Below are positions 52,344 through 64,000 of a stretch of DNA of 64,000 bases, in pieces. This DNA comes from Callorhinchus milii (lineage: Eukaryota). Where the stretch lies: contig NW_024704742.1 of the NCBI RefSeq assembly GCF_018977255.1, forward strand, positions 46,192,001-46,256,000. Reading direction: 5' to 3'. A model generated the notes under the pieces. The model worked only from the letters and a program-made list of their open reading frames with translations, was not told the origin of the DNA and ran no database searches. Numbering within the stretch: position 1 is the stretch's first letter; each line of letters begins with the position of its first letter. The position numbers and the translations under genes were made by a program.

Positions 52344-54583
52344 AATAGCTGATTAAAGGGTGAAGCTTCACAAATGGAAAGGCTAACATCATAGAATCCT
52401 AGGAATATATTGAATATTATGCCTGGTTTCTTTTGTTTCAACTTTCATCTAATCTGAATCATTTCAGAAATAACAGTAAAACTCAGGTGTGAAAGTCAAT
52501 TGGAAAATAATTCTCACTGGAGCCCTACTAATTAAGTTCTTTGAGATGTAGTTTCACTAAGACATTGATTCATATCGCTGAGGCATGAGTCTAGGTAGCT
52601 TGACTTAATTCAGTCTTGTTCAAAATCAGTCTGTTAAAAATTATTTGGGGATTCAATGGGGCACCTAACAATCTATCACAGATCATTTTTGAAATTATTA
52701 AAGAATTGGTGTCCTTAGTGGTACTTAAAACTATTGCTGGACCTGGTCACCGAACATTCATCTAAGTTCACTTGTCTCCACCTCTGATGCAAGAGATTTG
52801 AAAAAAAGAATAAAGATCTGAATGCCTGATGTTATGTTCCCTTTTTGTTGAATTTGCAAGAAGACAAAGTTACAAGAAATGCCACTGGTCTCTCCTTTGT
52901 CATCACCCTGCCCACTAAAATGCAACCAACCAACTTATTCTAAAAGAAAGATGTATCAATTATTCACAGTATCAGCATGGAAATGTAAGGCAGAAATAAG
53001 GAAGACGGCAGTGAGTAAGTGTGAAAGAGGCATCCTATCTCACTTTAGATAACACTAGACTGTAGAGTAGTTTTTTGGCTGAGCATTATTTTTGGTATAT
53101 TAGTGCTTGGGAATGGAATACTCTGAGTGTTTTGCTCCATGTGCTCAATGTAAAGCTTTATGCACTAATATGGGCTTTGTGCTGTTCTCCTCTGTTTGCT
53201 AAGGTGGATGAATTTGCTCCTTGTGCTTATAAATAACTCCAGTCAGTGCATAGCAAAAACTTCACAGCCCCCTCCCCAAGGATGTTAGTCACCAGTTGGT
53301 CATGCAACATCTGACAAGTATAGCTTTAATCTGTCACCAAGTGAATAGCAGGTGCCAGGAACTCCCTGTGAGTTTCTTGTGAGCTTTTGGAGGGCAGCTT
53401 CTAGGCGAGATGCCAAGAACTAGCATTGATATGTAAGATCCTCACTATTCTCCATCCCCTCCTCCAGAGCAGCTTTTAGGAACTTATTGTGTTTAAGTAT
53501 CTCATATGTTTTGCACATCTGCATGATTGAAGATGTGTTTTTTCAGCCCCCTGAACTCTTCAACAGTACTTAAAGTTGATCAAGGCATTTTGAGGATTAA
53601 CTAAACTGGTCCAGTACTAGTTTAGTTTAGTCTCAAAATTCAGTCTTCTTCTGTACAGTTGCCTGCTAGATAAAATGTTTCTTAAATAGAATACATTTTG
53701 CATTCTACATTTCCCTATTGAATATTCTATTGCAATAAGATAATTGCAATTTGAATTATTGGGCACTATAAGCGTTAATGCTCCCCAGCAGTTGATATAA
53801 AGCTGCTTCTTAACTAGTGAGTGTCCATGAATGCAGGGTCTCCATTGGTGCAGATGAAGAATTCAAAACATGTTTATCTGAACCAAAAATGAGATGTATT
53901 TCAAGATCTAAGTAACCAAAAGTAAAGTAAAAAATGTATTACTTTTATAGAATTGAAGATCATCTGCTATGTAGCATTGAATTAAAATATGAGATTACTA
54001 TTCACGGAAGTTAAGCAGTAAATGGTCTATTTTAACACCGAATGGTGACAAAGCTCTGATTTCAGAAAATGTGTTTCATTTATTTTTGTTTGTTTATATT
54101 GAGTCCTGGAAATTTTATCTTAGCTGTATGACTCACTAAAGTAATATGTTCCTCTCTGAGCTAAGACAGCACTGTGAAGCTAATTCATTCACCCTGAGAA
54201 GATAAAGTCATCTTTAAAGCACCAGCCACAAATGTGATTTTTTAAAAATATTCTGTAATCACTTCATTAATGTGAATGCATTCATTCAATTACTAAGCAA
54301 AATATTTATACACTATTTACATATAGAACCCTATAAAGTTATTTAAAGAACAACTTGCATTTATACATTACATCTTGGGTAGTTTGCAATGTTACGGTCG
54401 GATGCCAAGCGAGGATGGGGGAGGGGAGAGTGGGGGAGGGACACAGAATGATGAGGATTGTGCATTAAAAGAGTTCGAGACAGAGAAAGAGAGGAAGTGA
54501 GTTCCAGAGGTCAGGGGTATAGTAGTTAAAAGAGGTCATGTCTTTATGGAGGTCCAAGGAAAGCTTTTAATCTTTCAAAATAC

Positions 54584-54910
54584 AATAATAATAATAATAA
54601 TCCTTGCATTTGATATAGCGCTTTTCACGTCGGGAGGACGTCCCAAAGCGCTTCACAGAACACACTGTAAAGTGAATTGACTGTATATTTGTGGGCGAAC
54701 GCGGCAGCCAATTGCGCACAGCAATGTCCCACAAACAGTCGTAGATTGAAAATGACCAATTTATTGTTGTTTTCGGTTTTGGAGGGATTATTATTAGGCT
54801 CTGTGTGGAGTAAGGAAACTTGCCCAAGGTTTCGCCCTGACCTGCCGGGAATTGAACTCAGGTCTCTCGCTTGCAAAGCGAGTGCTCTAACCACTGAGCT
54901 ACAGGACTCC
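54584..54910 (-). mobile_element. Full-length young tRNA-Ala-derived SINE (Deu-type core, L2-type tail; resembles the recalled Callorhinchus SINE2-1 family)
   Basis: GGAGTCCTGTAGCTCAGTGGTTAGAGCACTCGCTTTGCAAGCGAGAGACCTGAGTTCAATTCC (A box, TGC anticodon arm, B box); core GCTGTGCGCAATTGGCTGCCGCGTT; tail hairpin and (ATT)n. Confidence 0.95.
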
Positions 54911-55829
54911 ACTAAATACACAATAAACTAAATGGCCGTATGATACTTTTTTATAATTTCAATTCGCATCACCTATATTGCTATTCTCTAACCCTACCGT
55001 GCAATAAATGTGCCTGTTGGAATACTTAGCAGAAGTTGGTCACCAGAGATGTTGTTAATTGGCATGGAATTATCAGTTATTTGCATTGCAGTTCAATTTA
55101 TGGTAACAGGGTCTATTAACAAGGTAATGGTAATTGCTGTTTGAAGCTTAGCAGCCTTCATGGTATTCAACAAATGGATAAAAGACTATCTCGCTATGTA
55201 ATTTTCAACATTAGAACAAAATGAGTCTTAAATGCTTAATGCTCTCCTGCTTCACACTTTTCCAAAATGGCTTCTCTCATTCAAAAACATTCTTACAGTT
55301 TAATTTAGCCCAAATCATTGGCGACATCAAGTAAAACACTGATATTTTGATCATTTTTCTGAACACATGGTAACACTGCAATTAGAATAATTGCAATTAC
55401 TTTCATAGCAATTGAAAGTGTGAAATAGTCGGGAATAAAAATTAGAAAATAAAATGAGTATGTCAGCTGGAAGTTTCTTAATGGCAATTCGGAAGATTGA
55501 CATAATGGATGTTCTGATTGCAACTGAACCCACAATGAAAGGGACTATTTAATAAACTTGATGTATTTTATTGCTACGAAGGTTGAGACCAATCTTATGC
55601 ATTTAGACATTTAATGCATCCATTATTAGCTGAAAAACGTCATATTGTAGATGGCTGGGAGCATCTGTATTGTGCTGTGTTATAAGAACAGGGTTTTAGT
55701 GTGTGGGCAACATTAAATGGAAGTAATTAGATTCTCTACTGCAGGATATAAATAGGGTAAACATTTGTGATATTTCCTTAAAGCATTTCCTTCACCACCC
55801 TACTTTTCTGATCTGTTTTCTCCCCCTCC

Positions 55830-56105
55830 ACTTGGCTGGCTCAGGTCTCCTGCTTCTCCTTCGTCCCCTTCGCTCTACCATTAGCAGCTGTGCTTTCAGG
55901 CACTATGCCCTGAAGCTTTGGAATTCTCTCCACCAATCGTTCCACCTTCCCCTCTTTTAGATTATGACTGAAGATCTTCTTCTTCAACCATGCTTACGGT
56001 TGACCTCCTCCCTAGCTTCAGCTTGGTGCCAGGTTCCACCACTGTTAAATGGTCCAAGATGCTACGCCGCGTGAAGGATGCTGTACAAATGCAAGTTGTT
56101 GTTCT
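55830..56105 (+). mobile_element. L2 3' end feeding into the minisatellite
   Basis: GCTTTCAGGCACTATGCCC..TGGAATTCTCTC, CCACTGTTAA..GTGAAGG..ACAAATGCAAGTTGTTGTT. Confidence 0.8.
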
Positions 56106-57306
56106 TGTTGTTAGTGGTGGTGGGGTTGTTGTTAGTGGTAGTGGTGGGGTTGTTGTTAGTGGTAGTGGTGGAGTTGTTGTTAGTGGTAGTGGTGGGGTTG
56201 TTGTTAGTGGTAGTGGTGGAGTTGTTGTTAGTGGTAGTGGTGGGGTTGTTGTTTGGTAGTGGTGGGGTTGTTGTTAGTGGTGGTGGTGGGGTTGTTGTCC
56301 GTGGTGGTGGTGGGGTTGCTGTTAGTGGTGGTGGTGGGGTTGTTGTTCATGGTGGTGGGGTTGTTGTTAGTGGTGGTGGTGGGGTTGTTGTTTGGTAGTG
56401 GTGGGGTTGTTGTTAGTGGTAGTGGTGGGGTTGTTGTTAGTGGTGGTGGTGGGGTTGCTGTTAGTGGTGTTGGTGGGGTTGTTGTTAGTGGTGTTGGTGG
56501 GGTTGTTGTTAGTGGTGGTGGTGGGGTTGTTGTTGGTGGTGGTGGTGGTGGGGTTGTTGTTAGTGTGGTGGTGGGGTTGTTGTTGTTGGTGGTGGTGGGG
56601 TTGTTGTTAGTGTGGTGGTGGGGTTGTTGTTCGTGGTGGTGGTGGGGTTGTTGTTCGTGGTGGTGGTGGGGTTGTTGTTGTTGGTAGTGGTGGGGTTGTT
56701 GTCCGTGGTGGTGGTGGGGTTGTTGTCCGTGGTGGTGGTGGGGTTGTTGTCCGTGGTGGTGGTGGGGTTGTTGTACGTGGTGGTGGTGGTGGGGTTGTTG
56801 TTAGTGTGGTGGTGGGGTGTTGTTAGTGGTGGTGGTGGGGTTGTTGTTAGTGTGGTGGTGGGGTTGTTGTTGTTGGTGGTGGTGGGGCTGTTGTTGTTGG
56901 TGGTGGTGGGGTTGTTGTTAGTGGTGGTGGTGGGGTGTTGTTAGTGTGGTGGTGGGGTTGTTGTACGTGGTGGTGGTGGGGGTTGTTGTACGTGGTGGTG
57001 GTGGGGGTTGTTGTTAGTGTGGTGGTGGGGTGTTGTTAGTGGTGGTGGTGGGGGTTGTTGTTAGTGTGGTGGTGGGGTGTTGTTAGTGGTGGTGGTGGGG
57101 GTTGTTGTTAGTGGTGGTGGTGGGGTGTTGTTAGTGGTGGTGGTGGGGTTGTTGTTCGTGGTGGTGGTGGGGTTGTTGTACGTGGTGGTGGTGGGGGTTG
57201 TTGTTAGTGGTGGTGGTGGGGTTTGTTTTTAGTGATGGTGGTGGGGGTTGTTGTCAGTGGTGGTGGTGGTGGGGGTTGCTTTTAGTGGTGGTGGTGGGGG
57301 TTGTTG
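56096..57306. repeat. GT-rich minisatellite, ~1.2 kb, ~21-27-bp units GTTGTTGTTAGTGGTGGTGGTGGG
   Basis: Read directly; units vary (TAGT, TCCG, TACG, TTCG). Confidence 0.97.
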
Positions 57307-57532
57307 TAAAACATTCCTGATTTATTTTCAGAATTCTTTAAAGAATTGCAGCAGGTGGCATTTCTTTCAAGGTAAGGAGTCAGTCTGCCTCAGTTGGTAA
57401 CCCTCTTGTCTCTGAGTCAGGAGGCTGTGGGTTCAGACTCATTGTTAGAACTTTGAACTCATAGTCCCAGCTAATAGTCTGACATAGTGATGTTGGTGCT
57501 CTTTTGATGAAGTTGACATGTTGTTTTTGCTT

Positions 57533-57863
57533 CAGCACTCACCTCGCAAGTGAGAGGACCTGGGTTTAATTCCCAGGCGTGGCGAAACTTAGGCAAGTTT
57601 CCCTACTCCACACACCTCTGTTTATCTAGTAGTAAGTAGGAACCCAGTTGTTTGTTGATCACTTTTCCGGAGGTACCAATCCCATCGAAAGAAAAATTGG
57701 TAGTTCAATCCACGACTGTTTGTGGGACACTGCTTTGCCCAATTGGCTGCTACGTTTTGCCCACAAAATATGCAATCAATTCACTTTACAATATATTCTG
57801 TGAAGTGCTTTGAGACACTTGAACAACATGAAAAGGCACTATATCAAATGCCAGGATTATTAT
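57533..57863 (+). mobile_element. Young-family SINE (long-internal); an older SINE head lies at ~57378-57470
   Basis: AGCACTCACCTCGCAAGTGAG..GGCGAAACTTAGGCAAGTTTCC..CCTCTGTTTATCTAG, core, tail. Confidence 0.88.
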
Positions 57864-58987
57864 TCAGAGACCCAGCACCAGAATTTTGCCTGAACCGAAG
57901 GCAAGTTGGATTTTTGTGAAGTTTACGCCCTACTTTGGGTATTTTTTTGTTTAATTTTGAAATCCATGCTCTTCTCGGCCAAAGCATTAAACGTTAACTT
58001 TTAGTGATTGGTGACCTAGGCCTAAAGCCTCCAGTCAAGCGCTAATAGTTCATTCTTTGGTCTAGGAGAGTGTCAGCTTTCACCCTTCCAAGCAAGTCAA
58101 ATCAAGGCCTGGGAGATCAATATTATACATAAGGGGCCCAACATTTACAAAATAAAAAGCTTGGTTCAGAGATCAGAAAAAATGATGCCACAAATACCCT
58201 GAAAGGAGCACATCGCTTACCTAGAAAGAGGTGCTTCCTGCTGGTATTTCACTAGCATGAAACCCAAGCCTTCAGAGTTTGAAACCATGCCACTTTGTTT
58301 AAAATTTGGAAACGGGTTACTTTTTATACAGTTTATCTTATTTTCAGAGGTGCTTTATACGCTTTGCTCCAGATGAATGTTTAAATGAAGTTGAAACCTA
58401 CTCATCAGTTCATGTTTAATGTATCGCACAGTTGGTCCATGTCTTTCCTGTCTCACTGTATACCTCAGCTAAATCTTGATCAGCTTCAGTTTTGAAAAGC
58501 TATGACCTGCAGTAGTTACAGGATCAGCACAGTCAGGAAAAGGCTCAGCACTTGCAAGCTTTGGAATATACCAAAGATAAAATTCAAAGAGTCGTCTTGA
58601 GAATATTCCACTTTGAATATTTTCAGAAGGATGTCTCAGTTCATGCATCAGCCCAGAATGATCAAAGTCTCAGGGATTACTTACCTTTGCTATTCATTTT
58701 TCTTTCACTGTTCCATATTGTTCTTTCTATTCTACCACTGAGGCACTAATGAGGGTTTTGATGTTGAGAAATCCCCAAAATGTGCTTAAACTCCAAAAGT
58801 TGCTGAAAAGTTGAATCAAATATGAGCTTGGGAATAAACCCTTTGGTCTGTTGACTCTGTTCCACCATTTTATTAAATTATTGCAGATCCTTAAATCCTA
58901 TTCCTCAACCTTTCTTCATATTAGTTAATAGCTTTTGCTTCCCATGTCCCTTTTAACTATTTCACTAATAGTGCATTATGCATTATT

Positions 58988-59365
58988 ATAACAACAGCCT
59001 GCACTTATATAGCGCCCTCCACTCAGGGTAGTGAGTCAAAGCGCTTAACAGTGGCGGAGCCTGACTCTGAGCCTTGGGGGGGCAGTTGGCTGTAAGCACT
59101 GTCGAAGAGGAAGGTTGGAAGGTTTTCAGGTGGGACTTGACAAAGGGAAGAGAGCGGGCAAGGCGGAGGGATTGAGGGAGAGTGTTCCAGAGTTTTGTGG
59201 CATAGTGGCTGAAAGCGCGACCTCCGATGGTGTGATGAAGGGTGTGAAGGATGAGCAGGAGGCCGGTACCAGTCGATCAAAGGCACCGGGTGGTAGATTG
59301 GGGAGTGAGGAGAGGTAGGGAGGTGCCAGAGAGTGAAGGGATCTGATCATGAGTGTGACCCTCTA
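58988..59365 (-). mobile_element. L2 3' end (second tail subtype)
   Basis: GCGCTTAACAGTGGCGGAG; minus ORF SLHSLAPPYLSSL. Confidence 0.88.
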
Positions 59366-60231
59366 TGTGATGGAATATTGTCTGATCTTAATAGTAAGAC
59401 AATCACCCCTTATTTTGGATCCCTTAACAGAATCTATCTAACTTGTCAATATAACTTATTATTTGAAACACCTCAGTCAGATCATCCTTGGCTCCAGAGA
59501 CTAGAACTCAAATTAACAAGCTTGTCACCATTCAACAGCTCCTCTTCCCCTAAGTATTAATTTGTTGAAGCATTGCTGGAAGCTCTCACATGCTAGTATA
59601 TCCCAACTAAACTTAGATGTCCTCAAACTGAACTTGAAGCTCTAATGAAGTCTGACCTATACAACTATTAAAGCACTTTCTTGCTTTGATATTCCAGACC
59701 CCCTTCTTACCAAGCACAGCATCTCATTAGCCTTTTTGATTACCTGTAAACTAGCTTTCAAAGATTATGTAATTTGATCCCTTAATCCCTTTGCTCATCA
59801 ACCATGACTCCCCATTTAGAATGCATTCCTGACCACTATTCTTATGTCTTATGTTTAAAAGCTCCGAGACTGTACCCTGCATGAAGGGCACAATATAAAT
59901 GCAAGTTGTTGTCATTGTCTGAGGTGTACCTCCTAACACATTGTTATGTTAAGCTCCATCTCCCGGATTTCTACCCACTCACTCAATCTGGAACAATTCA
60001 TAATGTTCTCTTTTCTTCACAATTTACCTTATCAGGAAAAGTGTTGGAGAAATCCAATTACAATTTTCTCTAGGATTTTGGATTGTCCCATTCTCACCTT
60101 CACATTATAGTATTATTCTGCATATAATGTGTATAATAATAATCTTTGCACTTGATTTAGCACCTTTCACGGTATGTACTGTAAGGTGTGATGACTGTGC
60201 AATTAGTAGGCATTCAGCATTTTAGCATTTT

Positions 60232-60616
60232 AATAATAAATAATAATCCTTGCATTTGATATAGCGCTTTATCATATCTTCGAGACGTCTCAAAGTGCTT
60301 CGCAGAATATACTGTAAAGTGAATTGACTCTATATTTTGTGGGCAAAACACGGCAGCCAATTGCACACAGTAGTGTCCCACAAACAGATGTGGATTGAGT
60401 AACCAAATTATTATTAATTTTTTTTTAAAGAAGTTTAAGTGATTATTGCCCCTGGAAAAGAGAACTGCCAATCAACCAACAACCGGGTTCATACTTACTG
60501 CTGGATAAACAGAGGCGTATGGTGTAAGGAAACTTGCACATTTCGCCCTGGCGGGAATCAAACCCAGGTCCTCTTGTTTGCGAGGCAAGTGCTCTAAACA
60601 CTAAGCTACAGGACTC
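60232..60616 (-). mobile_element. Full-length young-family SINE (long-internal subfamily), followed by (TA)n at ~60618-60646
   Basis: Head GTGCTCTAAACACTAAGCTACAGGACTC, internal CTTACTGCTGGATAAACAGAGG, tail CTTCGAGACGTCTCAAAG. Confidence 0.93.
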
Positions 60617-60829
60617 TATCATATACATATATATATATATATATATGCTGTATACTGTTTAAATGACTTAGACTGATATTTGGTGGTAGGAATATTAAGG
60701 GATATGGCGGATGGGCAGGACATTGGGATAAAAGATCTGATAAGATCTAATAAACTGAAGGAACAGGCATGATGGGCTCCTCCTATACCTCTGCACAAGT
60801 ATACTGTCTAACTTCTGGACTTTTACCTG

Positions 60830-61235
60830 ATAGTCTAGGCTGTACTACAGTGCAGTGCTGGGGAAGTAATATTGTCCTTCAGATGGAACATTAATATCCC
60901 ATTTGCCTGCTTATGTGGATATTAGTGTCTACTGGTATCCTGGCCAACAATTCTTCAGATCAAATTGATCATTCACATCGTTTGTGGGAAATGTTGTGCA
61001 CAAATCGGCTGCTGCAGTCCCCTACAAATACAGTCAGCATTACAGTATATCCTGTGAAGCAATTTATAATAATAATAATGTTATATAGCCCCTTTCGCAT
61101 CAGGGGAATGTCCCCAAATACTTTACAACATGTACTGTCAAGTGGTGTTACTGTGTGTATTTTGTGGGCAAGTGCTTTGAGACATTTCAATGATATAAAA
61201 TGGCATTATATCTAATATCTGGTCTTATTATTATG
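60830..61235. mobile_element. Older SINE fragments, with an opposite-orientation tail inserted
   Basis: TTTGTGGGAAATGTTGTGCACAAATCGGCTGC core(+); minus tail at ~61068-61170. Confidence 0.6.
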
Positions 61236-63498
61236 TATTACTGTATACTGTAAGCATTGTTTCTTTACCCAGTTTGTGAAGTCAATCCTGTTTGGTCCTT
61301 AACTGACCATTTAGAATTAGAATTCCATCTCGTTTGATCTGCAGTTAATGTGATATTTATCACTGGTAACTAAATATCCACCACAATCAAAGCAGCGCTT
61401 ACAAACAAGGGAACATCTTACACAGCTCAGTAAAACTGGCAAGACATTTTATCCAAAAGCATTGAAATAGATAAACTGCAATAAAATACAAATTGAATGT
61501 CCAAAGATAAAGACTCAAACTTATATAATTTCAGAAATGTGCTTACTGTGGCAAAAGTTTGAGTTTGAGCAAGTTAATACAATACATACATGAACAGTGC
61601 AGGGACGGAAACTTTGCACATTTACTAGAAAGATTGGTGTAAAATCTGCAGGTATTTAAGTTAACTATTATTAAGGCATTCCAGCACTGACAGTAGCAAT
61701 TTATGAATGAGGATAGGCTTGAGTCCACAATGTAGCTCAAATACAATTCCAAAAATATTAATGATGTGGGATAAAAGATATAAAATGAAATGTACATTTA
61801 AAATAGTATTAGTTATTCACAAGCACACAGAGACAAATTGTCAAAGTTAACTGAATGGAAGAGATTAGCATGTAACCCATGCTCTGCAAGAAGCACCATA
61901 GTCCTGTTAGTGAGTTAATGTAGGCTGCCTCATCTTCCAATTTAATTTCTCTCCATCTGATTTTAGGACCTGAAATTTCACCTGGTCTTAACATTTAAGA
62001 TCTTTTTGTCATAAAATTTAGGGCAGAATTGAGCATGTTTATTCTTTTCAAGAATTGGAGAAACCAGCTTCTGAATTACGACCAGTTTAAGAGTTTTTTA
62101 CAACTTCTGTGTAATTTTATATTTTAAGATAAGATGCTAAGACTAGGTGGAATTTCAGGTGATTAGCATCTTCTTTTTGACAGTAACTCTGAAACCAGAG
62201 CCTGGACTTTCTGGGTACCAACCAATATCCTATCACTCCACACTGCATAGTATCAACACATCATGGTACTACACTGCAAATTCTATTTTTGAAGCATTTT
62301 GATTGACAATCAATCAGACTGGAATTTGTGAAGTTTCATGGCTCAGTGATGAAAAGTGATGAAAAGTACGCCAGAATTTCTTTACAATCTCTGGATGTGT
62401 TTAATTAAAGACAGCATTTTCTCTCCAGAAAGCGTTAGTTTCAGAATTTATTTTTGTACTTTATCACAGATTTTTACCCAAAAGATCATTTGAGATTCAT
62501 TTTGTCATTTCTAAGCAGGGAAATGATTAAAGTTGGATTAGCAACTCTGAGTTCTATGAAGCACATAATAGTCACAACAGATTCCTTATGTATTGAACTT
62601 ATATCTAAAACCCACACATCCACTGAAATTCAGCATTGTGAATTTAAAGGGGTTGTGGGTCCATTTTTTGATTATAAAATGCTTTAGTGTCACCTACTGA
62701 GAGTGTTACTATCCCGCCTTCTGCTAGAGTATGGTAAATTGCTATTAGATTTAGTGAAAAAGGGAGCTAAATGAGAATTTGCACCAATAATGAATCCTGA
62801 TAGGTGTCTCAACAAGCTCAAAAACCTAGTTACTGTATTTCATACTATACAATGCTGACAGTATGCGTGCAGCTTGTGGCAGGTTAAACTGTAAACGGTG
62901 GATCAATACAACCATAAAGCTTCATTTTCAATGTTGGCTCAGTCATTGGGGGTAGTTGTGAAGGAGTACAAAAAAGAACATATGGGAGTGGCCACTGTTT
63001 TGTGTGCTATATAGAACATTCAGGGATAATGCTGTTGTGAGATTGCCCATTGCATGAAAGAGGTAAGAAAGAAGAGGCCTAATCTGAATAAGTGATTTCA
63101 ATATTTATACCTTGAAGTGGAATAAAACGGTTTCAAACACTGGAGATCTCGGTTAAAGTTAATGTTTGCTTCAATAGGTTACATTGGTTTACAATATCAA
63201 AAGCACCTCCTCCACCACCACCCACACCAACCAAAATGTTAATTCTTGTACAGGTGAACATTGAAGTAACTATTTGAAAAGAGAAGGGAATTTTGCCCTG
63301 GCCAACAATCCTCCAGATTTACTGATCATTCACGTTATGGTGGTATCTGGAAAGCAATACACTCAATTAATCCACTTAACAGAAATTACCTGTAAAATAC
63401 TTTGAGATTATTAAATGTGATCAAGCACAATAAAATTACAAGCTCTTTCTTCCTTTCTTTGATAGTACATTTCAAAAAGTTCTGTAATTTGGTCTATC

Positions 63499-64000
63499 AC
63501 AACAACAAGATTACATTTGTATAGCGCCTTTCACGTCAGGAGGATGTCCCAAGGCGCTGGACAGAGTTCAGCATTTCAGACCCGAGCTGGGGTCGGGGGG
63601 AGGAAGGGATGGGAGGGGAAGGGGGTTGGCCAATGATATGGTCAAAGAGAAGGGTCTTGAGGTGGGACTTGAAGGAGGCTAAGGAGATGGTGAGGCGGAG
63701 TGACTGGGGGATGAAATTCCAGAGGTTGGGGGCAGAGTGGCTGAAGGCTCTCCCACCAATGGTGGGGAGGGTAGGTCGGGGGACATGGAGCAGACCAGAG
63801 CCGGCTAAGCGGAGGGAACGGGCGGGTTGGTAGGGGGTTAGGAGATGGTAGGGTGAGGCGAGGCCATGGAGAGCTTTGCAAGTGAGTTGGGCAAAGTTAC
63901 GGAGGTGAGGGAAGGCAGAGCGGGTCATGGCTTGAATGTGGGGGAGAAAAGACAGTTGAGGGTTGAACAAGACACCTTGGTTCCTGACTGGCTGGTGAGT
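63499..64000 (-). mobile_element. L2 3' portion running off the window end
   Basis: Minus ORF KALHGLASPY..GGRAFSHSAPNLWNFIP..FKSHLKTLLF; (CAA)n tail with GGAGGATGTCCC hairpin. Confidence 0.95.

Noticed and set aside
54836..54910. tRNA-Ala(TGC) gene
   Set aside because: No proper acceptor stem, and it runs directly into the SINE body; it is a SINE head.
55990..56944. Val/Gly/Leu-rich ORFs
   Set aside because: These are translations of the GT minisatellite.

Overview
Eukaryotic, AT-rich, CpG-depleted vertebrate DNA. The repeat content points to a cartilaginous fish, most likely a holocephalan such as Callorhinchus; this is inferred from recalled repeat families, not from a database search. 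The window is dominated by decayed retroelements: (i) a young tRNA-Ala-headed, Deu-type-core SINE with an L2-derived 3' tail, (ii) an older SacSINE1-like SINE, (iii) L2 and CR1 LINE fragments, several of them nested, and (iv) very old RTE-, L1/Tx1- and Ingi/Vingi-like fragments plus a Penelope-like fragment. It also holds two hAT-type MITEs with TIRs and degenerate 8-bp TSDs, a family of long-palindrome MITEs (3 copies), a 1.2-kb GT-rich minisatellite grown from an L2 tail, and microsatellites. I could not confidently identify any host protein-coding exon, so the window reads as intronic or intergenic. Every recognisable ORF-track hit is a broken LINE reverse transcriptase piece. A few low-confidence exon and regulatory candidates are listed. 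I found no convincing novel biological system. The most interesting items are a decayed hammerhead-ribozyme motif, a SINE subfamily series whose 3' hairpin loop tracks the L2 tail, a both-ends-retained CR1 nested in a SINE, and a candidate EF-hand-like exon. Boundaries of old repeats are approximate (tens of bp).
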